From Heptranchias perlo (lineage: Eukaryota): a stretch of 64,000 nt of DNA. The notes beneath the pieces were generated by a model. It did no database searches. It was not told the DNA's origin and was given only the letters and a program-made list of their open reading frames with translations. How positions within the stretch are numbered: position 1 is the first letter of the stretch; each line of letters opens with the position of its first letter. The DNA lies in assembly GCF_035084215.1 (NCBI RefSeq), contig NC_090328.1, positions 86,304,001 to 86,368,000 on the forward strand, written 5' to 3'. A program made the translations under genes and the position numbers. Below, piece by piece: positions 51,311-63,500 of the stretch.

Positions 51311-52094
51311 CACAATACTCACATATACACGCACACAAGAAGGAATGGAATAACTTGTGAGGTGCTTCAGTAGAAATAAGAGATGGTTAAATGGCAGAAG
51401 TGATATTAGGATAGTGAGCATAGGGAGCGAAATCAAAGGAATTAAAGACATATATGAGACACAGAGAATGTATGAATAACTCAGGAGGTGGAGCACAGGG
51501 CACCTAGAAATGGAAACAGAAAAAACTGGCAAGAAGTAGGTTCCGGCAGCCCAGAAGCCAGAAGAACAAAAGAGAAGGACCACACTAAGGATGCAGACTG
51601 GCCCAACAGCACAAGGTTCCGATCGAAGATCAACTCGTCTTGCTCTTCCCTGAAAAGCCGTCACACCCGTCCCGGATTACAACAGTTCAAAAGTACCTTA
51701 TTGGCTGTAAAGCGCTTTGGGACGTATGAGGTGCTGAAAGGCACTGTGTACATGCAAGTTATTTATTTCTTACACTTCATCAACACTTCCTACCAAAAAG
51801 AAAGTGGGAGTTATAGTTAAGATCTCCAGTTATTAAAGTCGATATTAAAACCAGAGGGCTGCCGAGTGCCTAACAGAAAAACATGGTGTTGTTCCTCAAG
51901 CTTGCGTTGAGCTTTATTGAATAATTAGAGTTAAGTTTGCTTAAATGTCCCGTCAAAAGATGGAGTCCTTGTAAACGTTTGCCTTAAGATAGCATTCTGG
52001 GCCGACAATAAAAAAACACTTGGCCTTGAAATTACCCTGTGGATAACAATACATACGTTATCGTGTTTGCCTGATATTCCTCTATTATTTTAGC

Positions 52095-52252
52095 CATGAT
52101 GTGGAGATGCCGGTGATGGACTGGGGTTGACAATTGTAAACAATTTTACAACACCAAGTTATTTGCCTGAGGAAGGAGAAAATCTCCGAAAGCTTGTGAA
52201 TTTAAAATAAAATTGCTGGACTATAACTTGGTGTTGTAAAATTGTTTACAAT
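52095..52252 (+). mobile_element. Penelope-like-derived mini-insertion with 31-bp inverted repeat and 12-bp TSD
   Basis: TATTATTTTAGC at 52083-52094 and 52253-52264; perfect IR 52132-52162 / 52223-52253 enclosing a hammerhead core. Confidence 0.8.
52161..52201 (+). ncRNA. Putative minimal type-I hammerhead ribozyme
   Basis: CUGAGGA (52167-73), extra A, stem II GGAGA-AAA-UCUCC, GAA, palindromic AGCU, U; stem I AUUUGC/GUGAAU with wobble pairs. Confidence 0.6.
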
Positions 52253-53757
52253 TATTATTTTAGCGGAGAAGTTAGCGTGTATAAAATAAACGAGTGAAGA
52301 TGCCTCCATTACAAACATCAAAACTGCCACCGTGTCATTTCAGTGTCCATACCTAGGTTTAGTCAATAGTCATGCAATTTTAACTGCTCTCAGCGTCATT
52401 TATATAATCGTTTTCGTAACTTTATATCAAAAATGTGTGAAGACACATTTTACATTAGGTGAAGTTTAATTAAAACGAATTATTGGGAATTATCCGATTG
52501 CATTTTATTTCGAAAAATTCCAGAAGCGTCTCAAATTAAACGCGTGTTTGTCATTAATTCTATATCCGCTAATAAAATTGTCTTTCTGACACAATAAAAG
52601 TAATCCAGAGTTGCATCTGCACGGGCAATTGCGTGATATTTCTGTTTCACGTATTTTGTTGCAATTCTAAGATGTTCAATATCAATCATTCACCCATATC
52701 CCCTTTTCGTTTAAATACTGTCAATCCAAGGGATCCAGAAATTACATTGAAAAATAACCTAAGGTTGATCACCTAAGACAGTTTAACAGTAGTTAGTTTC
52801 GAGGTATCTGAAACGATAACTGGACCTTAAACCGCTACAGCTTTCCTCAGAAGTGGAATTTAGGTACAAAGTCAACAAGTTGCTTGATTCGGAAATCCTA
52901 TGTTGTTTATATATGACTGTGGATCACACATCGATACTGTTAGGGAGAATACCCCTACATTTCTAAGTTTTCATTCTAAATATTTGGCATATGTGAGCTC
53001 CCGTCACTATAAGCTCATTTCTCCTGGAGATCGAAGTATAACGGTGTTTAAATAAAGGCTGTTTAAGGACTTTCTTTATCTTCTCCTTTTCCAAATGGTT
53101 GCAACCATATCCTTTGAGGCGATTGCTACTGTGCCATTTCCTATATGCGATTCATATGCGGAATGGTGGGATTAGGGTCTGGTTTAACACCTCTGCTCGC
53201 CCAGGCGGGGAGTCCCCGAGAGGCAGTCGCCAGACTAAACTCCCAACAGCTGGGGGCGGCTCAAGGAAACACCTTTTAACAATGATTTTAACATCGACTG
53301 GACGAAGCTCTCCCAAATATGCAGGCACACTGCAAAACGTTTTCGTTTCGGTAAGTGTGCCACGCTGAGTTGTTTCACAGAATCCCCACAATAAGTTACA
53401 ACCCATAACCTTATCTCCCCGTGTTTATTTACCTCGGCACATCCCAAAACATCGGCAAACTTCTCGAAATACCAGTCAGATTTTCCTATAACTCAACAGA
53501 AATGAATCCTACGTTTCACTATTTATACCAACTGGGGTCGGATTTCCAAGAAGAACAGAGCTAGATTGATTTCAGTCCTTTACATTCACTAATTTACAAC
53601 TGTTGTGAGTAATCATTGGGCTGTAGATATTAATCTTCGACCCGTTTAAAATGCAAGGCTGCCTCACACTCGTCCGCACTGGCTGCACAGTGTTATCACA
53701 GTGATAGGATTTATTGCTCAGATATCCCGTACCCGTTTATGCCGAACACACCTTGTA

Positions 53758-54038
53758 ATTTAAAGCAAAATACTGCGGATGCTTGAAATCTGAAATAAAA
53801 ACAGAAAATGCTGGAGAAGCTCAGCAAGTCAGGCAGCATCTGTGGAGAAAGAAACAGAGTTAACGTTTCAGGTCAAAGACCTTTGGTCAGAACTGGAAGA
53901 TGTTACAAGATTTTTTTTTCCTTCTAACATCTTCCAGTTCTGACGAAAGGTCTTCGACCTGAAACGTTAACTCTCTTTCTTTCTCCATAGATGCTGCCTG
54001 ACTTGCTGAGCTTCTCCAGCATTTTCTGTTTTTATTAT
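53758..54038. mobile_element. Palindromic Penelope-like-derived element: 112-bp inverted arms, 10-bp TSD
   Basis: Arms 53794-53905 and 53925-54036 are near-perfect reverse complements around a 19-nt loop; ACACCTTGTA at 53748-53757 and 54039-54048. Confidence 0.88.
53936..53972 (+). ncRNA. Putative minimal type-I hammerhead ribozyme
   Basis: Stem I AGUU/AACU, core CUGACGA (53940-46), extra A, stem II AGGUC-UUC-GACCU, GAA, palindromic ACGU, GUU cleavage triplet. The mirror copy on the minus strand (53858-53894) has CUGACCA. Confidence 0.65.
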
Positions 54039-54724
54039 ACACCTTGTAGTTTTTTTCTGTCCCTTTCCCGCTAAACATTCTCCGAACAAAATAGTTTCCA
54101 GTTCTGTCCGCGTGTTTACTATCTTGAAGCCGATTACTAGTTTTTAGGAGACCGTCTTCGTCATGTTTTTTTCGCACTGAGGTTTTTATTGCATCAATTC
54201 GCTGAGCTGAATTTGTTTTACAGGATTAGAGGCGACGCCGGCCGAGACCCGCTCTGCAGATACAATAAAGTGTCGATTTTAATCGATTTGTCCTTCACGG
54301 GTAGAATGTCAACCATTTGGGGAAGTGTGTAAACAGCACGGCAAAGAATCGCGAAATGGGAGAAGATCCTGGGATTTATTTCTATCACAGTCTGTCGATC
54401 ATTGCTTGCGGCGCTTTTTAAAATACATCATTTCAAATGTCTTGTGTTAACAGCAACCTGTGAGCATGATTCCATTCATTTTAATCTAAACAAATGATTT
54501 TTAGACCACACCAACTACATTTAGTCGGAAAGTTGGATCGAAGCAGAAAAAGTTCCATTAATTTTATTGCCTGGACTATTTTCAGTTGATTTTATAACCA
54601 TCTCCCTCTTACTCCATAAAAATCCTCAATCCCCAGCTCCTTCTCTTTACCCCATTCTCCCAAGCTCCTATGTTCCTCCTCTATCCCCTTTTCCCATCTA
54701 AATCCTTATCCCAGATACCTGGAG

Positions 54725-54790
54725 ATCCACTTCCTCAACAAAGCCATGTGGTCTCCGCAGCGCATGCGCCAAATCATCCTATAAATCTTT
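54725..54790 (+). promoter_or_regulatory. FoxD5 core promoter candidate
   Basis: CACTTCCT (ETS-like, 54728), AACAAAG (Sox-like, 54737), GCGCATGCGC (NRF1 palindrome, 54760), TATAAA (54780), about 300 bp upstream of the ATG. Confidence 0.65.
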
Positions 54791-55085
54791 GGCCAAACTC
54801 TCCTCTTTGCCAGAAAGAACCAAGAATCCGCAGATGCACCTCAGTTAAAAGGAGAAAGGTATCTTCATCTCAACCAGAAGACGCCCGGGAGCAAATCTCA
54901 GCTCCGGGCCAAGTGTTGGTGCACTCAGTGAGTCACCGGGAGCAGATAGCAGAAGATCAGTCTGAAAAGAGCGAGCCCTTTCCTTTCGCCCCGACCCCTG
55001 AAGGATCAGGCGAGGCTGGTGTTGGGACAAGTGCTTGAGGATTTTGCCCTTTGGGGGCTGAAGGATCCCGCAAGAATTAGTGCTC

Positions 55086-56174
55086 ATGACACTGTGTGGA
55101 GATCCGAGCGGTGGGGGCCAGCAGAAGATGGTGGGGCCCGAGGAAGCAGAGATCGACATCATTGGGGATGAAGATGGGGAGGAAGAGGAGGAGGAGGAGA
55201 CCACCCAAAGGCAGGGGCTGTACTTTCTCAGTGCGAGAGGGGACGGAGAAACACTGGCAACAGGAGAAGCGGAGCAATCCGAGACAGACTGCTCTCTGGA
55301 CTCGGAGAGCAGCGAGGTGTGTCTCAACACCAGCGGGAAGCCCAAGGTGAACGTGGTCAAACCTCCCTATTCCTACATCGCTCTGATCACCATGGCCATC
55401 CTACAGAGCCCTCAGAAGAAGCTGACTCTCAGCGGCATCTGTGAGTTCATCAGCAGCCGCTTCCCTTACTACCGGGAGAAGTTCCCCGCCTGGCAGAACT
55501 CCATCAGGCACAACCTGTCCCTCAATGACTGTTTCATCAAGATCCCCCGGGAGCCCGGGAACCCAGGAAAGGGCAACTACTGGACCTTAGATCCGGCATC
55601 GGAGGACATGTTCGACAACGGCAGCTTCCTCCGCAGGAGAAAGCGATTCAAGAGGCACCACCACCAGACTGAGTTGATGAAGGACCGCGGCGGCCTCATG
55701 CTCTACCACAATTTCACCTGTTACGGCCGGCCTTACCTTCTCCACCCGCAGACATTCATCCAGCAGGCGCCCTTCAGGTACATGCCCATCCCCGATGGTG
55801 CTGTCATCTCCACCCCTGCCCACAACCTACCCTACCAGCGCTTCAGCAGAAAGGTTCACCACTCGCAGCCCAACAGCTCAGCTCTGCAGATACACCTTCA
55901 AACCATCGGTTCAAAGCCCAGCGCCGCTAGTTCCAACCGGGCCTCGTTCAGCATCGAAAACATCATTGGAAGTTCAAATGCTCCATCGGGGTTCCTGCCT
56001 TCCTGTTCAAACCCTCAGATCCAGTCTGATTATTGCAGCCTTCTCCAATCGGCCCCCTGTCTGCTGTCTACGGTTTTAAACATGTCCACACGAACTGTCT
56101 ACAGCCCCGGGAACAATCCTCTGATCGGGGCGCTCTCAACCAGGCAGCAGCTCCCTCCCTGCTACCCACCATAA
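55086..56174 (+). CDS. foxd5: Forkhead box D5 (FoxD4/5, FoxD4L1-like) transcription factor, single exon, 362 aa
   Basis: MTL start, EIDIIG acidic N-terminal motif, forkhead domain [77 protein letters not shown] block and eh1 motif FSIENII. FIKIP, DPASED and YGRPY favour D5 over D1/2/3. The ORF track's GTG start at 55080 is not used. Confidence 0.93.
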   Translation: MTLCGDPSGGGQQKMVGPEEAEIDIIGDEDGEEEEEEETTQRQGLYFLSARGDGETLATGEAEQSETDCSLDSESSEVCLNTSGKPKVNVVKPPYSYIALITMAILQSPQKKLTLSGICEFISSRFPYYREKFPAWQNSIRHNLSLNDCFIKIPREPGNPGKGNYWTLDPASEDMFDNGSFLRRRKRFKRHHHQTELMKDRGGLMLYHNFTCYGRPYLLHPQTFIQQAPFRYMPIPDGAVISTPAHNLPYQRFSRKVHHSQPNSSALQIHLQTIGSKPSAASSNRASFSIENIIGSSNAPSGFLPSCSNPQIQSDYCSLLQSAPCLLSTVLNMSTRTVYSPGNNPLIGALSTRQQLPPCYPP

Positions 56175-56876
56175 AAGAAGTTGCATTGCCTTGCAGCTCC
56201 CCTTTACCAGTTCACCCGAGGGACATTGCATTGCCAAAGCCCGCTACTTAACCGAGTCCCGGACTGTCCATAAAGTCGTCATTGCATAACTGACCGTACA
56301 ATTCGTTTTACGATTCAATCTGTAATTTCCAGGGTTGTAGATTTTCTTTTGCAATAGCAACGAACTTGTTGGTTCTTTTACATTTGTGCTGAACGGTGTA
56401 CATATTAGCGAATGAGATGGAAAGGTATATGATATCGACATGTCACACTGAGTTTGAGATGATTCATAATTCATTGATTGCCAAGAACTCGATGGTGTGC
56501 ATTTACAGTAAATAATCGTTATAATTAACATAGGCATAGACTAGTATTTATATATTTAAAATATAAAACAGACGTGCACTATTCGGCAATAATGCACATG
56601 TCCCTCGCCATGGCTTTACAGGGTTCGGTTTGATTCTTACATTCCATATTTAGTTGCTGAAAGTGCGTTTCAGCACTATCTTATTTGAAGTTACGGGCTA
56701 CTAAACAGGTTACAATTTCAAGCAAAGATTCCATATCTCGAACAGGGCATCTCGCCGTCCTATTCATAGTTGCAAGCTGCATTTGCGGTGCAACATCCTT
56801 TCTTCAGTGCGAAAGATTAACTCTTGAGATACGAAGTGGTAACTGCGTGCGTTAGAATATTGCGAATTTACATGTA

Positions 56877-56882
56877 AATAAA
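56877..56882 (+). terminator. Candidate FoxD5 polyadenylation signal
   Basis: First AATAAA I found after the stop, directly preceded by TGTA and followed by T-rich sequence; alternatives at ~57104 and ~57223. Confidence 0.5.
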
Positions 56883-57251
56883 GTGTGCTTTATGGAGAAC
56901 TATTTATTTTTAAAAATCGCAACATATTTGACAAACTCCTAGTTGTTACCAATCGACTGCAGAAGCAACTTATTCCTGTGCGATAGATGAAAAGAATTGT
57001 GCTCTAGTTTCATGTAATGCTGAGTTTCTCGGTTGGTGTTTTCTGGCATCCTTTATGAAATCGCTTGGGTTTTTATTGCAACTTTTAACCTTGAAAATAT
57101 TCCAATAAACTATGTTTGATGTTGCAGTATCAGTTGATTTTACCTTGGTAGCATCTTTGTAAAAATAACCCAATTTCAAAACGTTCCTTCCATATTGTAT
57201 CCTTGTTTCTCAAGTTTAAGTGAATAAAGGAATGTACTCTAACGCTATAAA

Positions 57252-57650
57252 GGCATCAGCTGTGGTTGAGTAGGTTGCACTGTGGTCTCCCAGTCAGAAG
57301 GTTATGGGTTTAAATCCCACTCCAGAGACTTAAACAGAATATCACACTGTCTTTTGGGTAAGAACCAAGGCTCCATATTCCTTCTTATAGAGTAAAAGAT
57401 CCCATTTGAAGAAACACAAGGAAGTTCACCCCGTGTCCTAGCCATCTACCCTTCAACCAACATCTCTAAAAGCAGTTGATCTGGTCATTATCAAATGGCT
57501 GTATATGGGATCTTGCTATACGCAAATTGGCTGCCCTTGTTTCCTGCATTAAAACAGTGTCTACACTTCAAAAAAGCACTTAATTGACTGTAAAGCGCTT
57601 TGGGACGCCGGAGGTCGGGAAAGGTCCTATATTGATGTAAGTCCATTTCG
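57252..57650 (+). mobile_element. Deu-type SINE
   Basis: tRNA-like head (GGGTTTAAATCCC), GGGATCTTGCT..AAATTGGCTGCC, TACACTTCAAAA, AAAGCGCTTTGGGACG tail. Confidence 0.82.
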
Positions 57651-57880
57651 CCTTTAACAGCGAAATATATTTAACTAGCTGAATCCATATTCATCTATTA
57701 CGAATATGATTACGTGATAGCAAAACCAATTTTGCATAAATATCTAATTATACAGGTGCTTGATTTTATTCAAGTGTTGCAGGGAAAATATTAATCAAAG
57801 CATCCTGAATGATGTAAAACATCGAAAGATTCTAGGAACTTGGTAATTAATTATCGAGAAAAGAAGGTATCGAATTCCTG

Positions 57881-58013
57881 ATTCCTGTACATGTAAAGGA
57901 TAACACAATCCTGTACATGTAAAGGATAACACAATCATATACACGTAAAGGATAACACAATCCTGTACATGTAAAGGATAACACAATCCTGTACACGTAA
58001 AGGATAACACAAT
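57881..58013. repeat. 26-bp minisatellite, five copies
   Basis: AATCCTGTACA(T/C)GTAAAGGATAACAC repeated from 57881, 57907, 57933, 57959 and 57985. Confidence 0.95.
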
Positions 58014-59402
58014 TATATTTAATGAGGCTTACTTTTCTGTATCTTTTAAAATAAATGGCAGACTACTAAAATGCGAGCCGTGCTCACTATAATTACCGTC
58101 GTAACCTTTCCTTGACAAAACGAACGAAAATCGTCTTTAAAGAATAACTAGAGGATGAGGACAACCAAACGAATATCATGTTGCAAATAAACAGGCTCCA
58201 CCTCTAAGAGAGTAAGATTAAACAAAGAAAACGGCGCAAACTTACAGATCATATGTATTCAAGCCTTAAAAAAAGTTGATGGAGATTAAAAGATTACGTT
58301 AGAAAGGAAATATACTTAATTTGGATCTCAGTGGATCTTAATAAATAGGTTTATATGGAATGACAGACAGGTGAAGTGAAAACTTAGGTTCAGCTCCGAC
58401 GTTCAAGCCTTAATTTTGCACCAGACAGATCTGTAGAGAAATCAGAGAACACCGCCACCTCTACACTTCAGAAAGTCAGTAATCCTTACTCATGTTTGTT
58501 TTTATATCGGAGGCATTCTCTGAGGTGCACCGCTGATCAATCGGTTAGAAAATTGTCATTATTCACAACATTATCACTCTGTAAAGCTATATGAAGACCT
58601 AAAGATTTATGTGTTCCGAGGAAACACGGGCAGCAGTCCCATGATGCGACATACAGCCAGCTTAAATTGGATAAGATAATAATGAACACACATGATCGGT
58701 GTCAATAATATTATTGTTCGAACACCTCCTAGATTCTTATTTGTTAATCTTATTGTTTAATGTAACTACCTTCAGAGTGAAGGAAGGAAATATTTGCATA
58801 CTGCGATTAAAATACTTTCTCATCGGTACCGTCTTTACACCCTCTTAAGACCGTCATTATTTTCAGCAGGGCACAGCAATTGGTTATTTTTTGCAATTTT
58901 ATAATGGGACTAAAGTAATGTTCTGGAGGTCATTGCACTCTAGATTCTATAAACGTTTATGGGGTCGCGTTGTTCCTATTTGTATATCTTGTGACCAAGG
59001 ACAAACTGCTTGCTGAGAAGCTACACATTTGCACCATACAGATCCTCGTATAGCTAACTACCGGCAGCAGTTTATTGAATGCCCTATTTATATGGTGCGA
59101 TACGGGATCGTTTCGATTCTATGACTGCCCCAGATTAGTTCCAACCAGTTCATATAACATTTTCGGGAACTTTTATTTAGGAAGCAGGTAAAGCAATATT
59201 AAAAACAAACCGTAATACATAGATATCAGAATACATGTTTCAAAATGTGATTACAGTAGATCGTTATTTAAGTACAGCAAAGTATGTGGAAGATTATTTT
59301 AAACACATTCTCTCGTTAAGGTTGTAGTTTCAACTCTCACGTGGTAGAGACTGCCAGTATGTTTGGTAAATAAAAACACAGGCAAGGTCATGGCGTATGG
59401 AC

Positions 59403-60530
59403 ACGGCAACTTGCATTTAGATATCACCTTTAACGTAGAAAAAGTCCCAGTGCGCTTCCCAGAGAGGTAATAAGGCAAAAAAGGATGTGGGCCAGAGAAG
59501 GAAATATTGGGCCAGATTTTGCTGAGTGGCAAACAAATGGCGCCAGCCTTTAGTTAAACTTGTACTTGCCCATAGACTTTCTATGGGGTTTTGCAATGCA
59601 AGTTTAGTGCAGTGCCCTCTATAGGGCATCTGGGACCTGTGTGGACAGGGCAAGCAACTGTGTATCTCCTGAACCAATCAGATTGAAGAATCATTAATAA
59701 ACAGCTGAGTCAGAACCAGGAAGTGTAAGTTAGAATAGTGAATTCAATGTCAAATCAGGTACAGAAAGCAAAATGGAAAGAAAGATTAGATTGAGAGAGA
59801 TAAAAGAGGCAGAAAGAAAAAGTAAAAACTTTTATTTACATTCTTTTTTAAATCTCCAACAATAATTAAAAGTTGAACAAAGAAACTCCATACTTGTAAA
59901 TGTTAATTTTCAGTGCCAGAAGTTATTTGGCAGTAAATAAGACTTACTACCCCATTAAAAGGGCACTTAGACTGGAATGGACAAGCCCTAACTTTTTGTG
60001 GCAAGTTTAGACCGTATCTGCTTCAGTACAGGAACTTCACGCCGTTCAATACATTTGAAGGGGGAGCCAGAAGGTGAGATGCCGTTTTCGCGCAGCTTAC
60101 GGAGAGGCAGCACATCTCGGACAGCAACTTCTGGATTTTTGCATTTAACTGCGCATGTGCACTCGCTGGAAGTTGCTGTCCGATTTGCGTATAAAGGTGT
60201 GCGCCGTTAACCTCACCAATATTTTCACAGCAAAATCCAGCCCATTAGCGGCGTGACCAATATTTGGTCTAAAAGGTGGGCTTTAAGGAGAGTTTGAAAA
60301 GGAGAGAGGGAGGTGGAGAGGTACATTCCCAGGTTTAGGGAGAGAATTCCAGTATAGAAGCTGAAGGCAGGGCTGCCTAAGGTGGGGTGAATAGGTGGGG
60401 CAAAGTAGGTGGTCTTTAGGCAGAGGGGGAAAGAAAAAAATGGAGGTAGAAGTAGGTGGTTTTGGTGATGGAGAGGAGATGAAGTTGGAAGCTCAGTTTG
60501 TGGTCCAATAGGATACCAAACAATCTGGAC
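59403..60530 (-). mobile_element. Old L2 3' fragment split by a MITE
   Basis: CAACTTGCATTTAGATATCACCTTTAACGTAGAAAAAGTCCCA is the reverse complement of the L2 tail; the sequence continues after 60246. Confidence 0.7.
59509..60243. mobile_element. Complete Harbinger-type MITE (family B) with 16-bp TIR and 3-bp TSD
   Basis: GGGCCAGATTTTGCTG ... CAGCAAAATCCAGCCC; ATT at 59506-59508 and 60244-60246. Confidence 0.88.
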
Positions 60531-63500
60531 AATTATTGTAATTAAATATTTGTTTGTAAACTAGCCTGACATAAAAATGTTAAAAGAGGTACCAAGTATA
60601 ACTCAACCTACTATCTAACCATGTCTTGTACATGTTCAAGTTGAAAACTTAATACAAGCATTCATACTGTGCTATTACTCAAAATTAAGATAAACTAAGA
60701 CTAGCAACCCCCATTACAGCAATTGGTTGCAGTTTATTATGGTCAGCAGGCTTCAATCTAGTTGGCTATAGTGATTGTATACTGACTGGTATTTAGAAGT
60801 CATATAACATGAGGAATTCAGACTCCTCCAGTGTCCAGAGTTTAATAGGACAGGTGTACTGCTTATTTTATACAGTTTGATTTTTTTCCCCCTAATTTTT
60901 GTCATATGCTTTATTAGTGAATGTCCTATGGGAACTAATCAAGGTATCATCCACCAGGGATGGCAAAACACTGATCTAACACTTATCTTTCAATAATCAG
61001 GTCATCAAGTGAAATGTGTCTAGTTTGGGTGCAAAACAAACCTTCAATTGTGAGAAGATATCCATTCTGTGAGGCAGTAGGATCTAATCTCTATTCGGTG
61101 CTGGGGTGTCTAAGAACCATAGTTTGCACAGCCAATGCGTATAACCGTTAACTCTGCTTTTACTTTTGAACTCCCTTTTGTATCAGGGAAAATGGAGAGA
61201 TTGCATACACAAACCTCCTTCACCTCCAGGATCCATGAAAAGGCTACATACTGCCTCTGTAATTGAGCAGAAATAAAGGAACCGGTGGTTGTCTAGAGCA
61301 TCACACAGGCCTATCTCCAGATGTTGTGATTTCCTGAACTACCTCTAGGAGATTCTTCCACTTGTGGGGGTAAGCTATGAGATGACTGTCACTATGGTAT
61401 CTACTCTTGCTAAATGTTGAATCGAGAGAGTAATCTCGTGATCCAGACTGGCATACTTGTAGCAGTGCACCATGATAAAGGGAGTAGTGAGCCATTGTTG
61501 CATTGTCAGCTACACACTGAAACATTAGGGAACTGCAAGTTCATCATATATAAAGATATTACCTCCTAGATTTACTTAAAAAAATTTCAACTATTTTCAG
61601 GGGAATAAAAAAAGTGTAATACATCTCTACCCATAAACTTGGATTCACAACCAAAGCTTGTTATGTATACTCACTGACACCTGTCCTCAATTATCTGGGG
61701 CAGCTCTGCATTCCTGTTAAGTCACCAATAATTTGCTACTTCCACTAAAGTTCTATTAATAAACAGATGAGAACTGAAGCTCAATCTTGAAATGACGTAC
61801 AAACTTGTTCAGATGGCATTATTTAAACCTTTTGATTGCATGATGTTGTATTTCCTGGCAATTCTTTTCCAACCTTTCTACCAAAGGAAACATTCCACAT
61901 GATGTATTTCCTGCAGGAAAACTAAGGGATTTATAGATCAGCTTCATTTTCTAAGACTGACTTAAATGTTTTGGCTTTTGCCTTCATGTATTTTCATTCT
62001 GTAGGTGGTAGACAAAATGGTATGGAGAGCAAGGATTAACTAGCACAAAGAAATCCAGAATATTATTTCAAAGTGTGTCAACCAGCAATTCAGCCTAGCA
62101 GCTTCTGGTGGATACAAGTGTCACACCACACAGTGCATTTACCCATTAAGTTATTGGGGAGCTTGGTATGTGTACTTTTCTGCGCAGGCCTGTAACTAGC
62201 AAAGCTAAATCCAATCAGAAACGTCTACAGTGTCAATCTTTCCCTTTCACCTCCCCCCATCCTTGCAACGAAGACATCATTAAATATTCAGACCAAACTA
62301 GATAGTATGGTGGGTATAACATTAAAGAATTACATTGAAAACTATTGAGTAGGTTTAAGCCTATAAGCATGATTTTTATGAAAATGTCTTAAGCAGTCTT
62401 TTAGCTTGAGCTGGTAAGACATTGCCATGTGTTTTACAAAAGAGTTATGCAATTAGTGGTTTAGATGCAACATCACAAGCAGATTACAGTTTGAATATAA
62501 GCAAATTTTGACTTTGTTGGGCAAAATGATTGTGCAAGGAGTAGAAAGGTGAAAGGCCATTACTTAAATTGAAATGTTGCATGAATTACTGTATTACATT
62601 CTGTAAAGACATAAAATCTCAATTTTGATTTTAATAGGCATTTTTGATAACACTAACACAAAGGGCATGAATAAATGACAGTTGCTACCATTTATATTGA
62701 ACAATGCTCCAATTTAATTTGAAATAAATTTCATTCTTGTCTCTATTCATCATCTCTCTTTACAAGCCACTATCCAGGTGGCATTTTTCTCCAGCGAGAA
62801 GGGCAAGATAATCTAAGGCCTCCCTATAGCAGACTTCCAGGCACAAAAATGACCCAAACACTGAGCTTGTAATCTTGCTGATGTGTCAGGAGCACAAGTT
62901 TCATGCTTCTTCCCAGAGAGAATCACAGACAATGACTCCTAGTTGCTTCTGTGTAACTGCCATAGCTGGTTACAGAGACTCATTGATATAGCCCTGAATG
63001 TCGCCTGTTGGAAGAATGGGTTATGGAATGGAAACCTGAAAATGGAACTTGAGAAAATAAATAACAACATCCACCTCCATTCTCAAGCACCCTTCCAAAA
63101 AAGCTTGCTTTCATATAGCACTCATATCTAGCAATCTTGGGAATACATCATTTCTCAACAAGAAAAAGAAATCTAAAAGACAGGCAGTCTCAACCTTCTG
63201 GTTGGAAATCAAGTACTCAACCAGTCTGAAGTACCAGCACTGCAGGAATCTAAGGGGAGATTTTCTGCTTTGGCACTCCAAGCACATGCCAGAAACACAT
63301 ATTGGGAGCGCCAAAGCAGAAAATATCCCCTTTAATTTTTAAAAATTAACTATTTTCCCCTCATGATTTAATGTAGTAGCCCAATTCCAACATTGATATA
63401 TTATGTACGCCAAAGCTGAGGGCTTAAGTGGATTTTTAAAACCTAAAAGATATTTATATAGTACAAAAGACAAAATCTTAGAGAACTGCACACATTCTCA

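Noticed and set aside
54670-55038. 122-aa ORF upstream of FoxD5
   Set aside because: Starts before the TATA box and spans promoter motifs; no homology.
54845-55823. Antisense ORFs over FoxD5
   Set aside because: Expected shadows of a GC-rich coding strand.
57881-58013. CRISPR-like array of palindromic repeats
   Set aside because: The linker is constant and only 6 bp, there are no unique spacers or cas genes, and the context is vertebrate.
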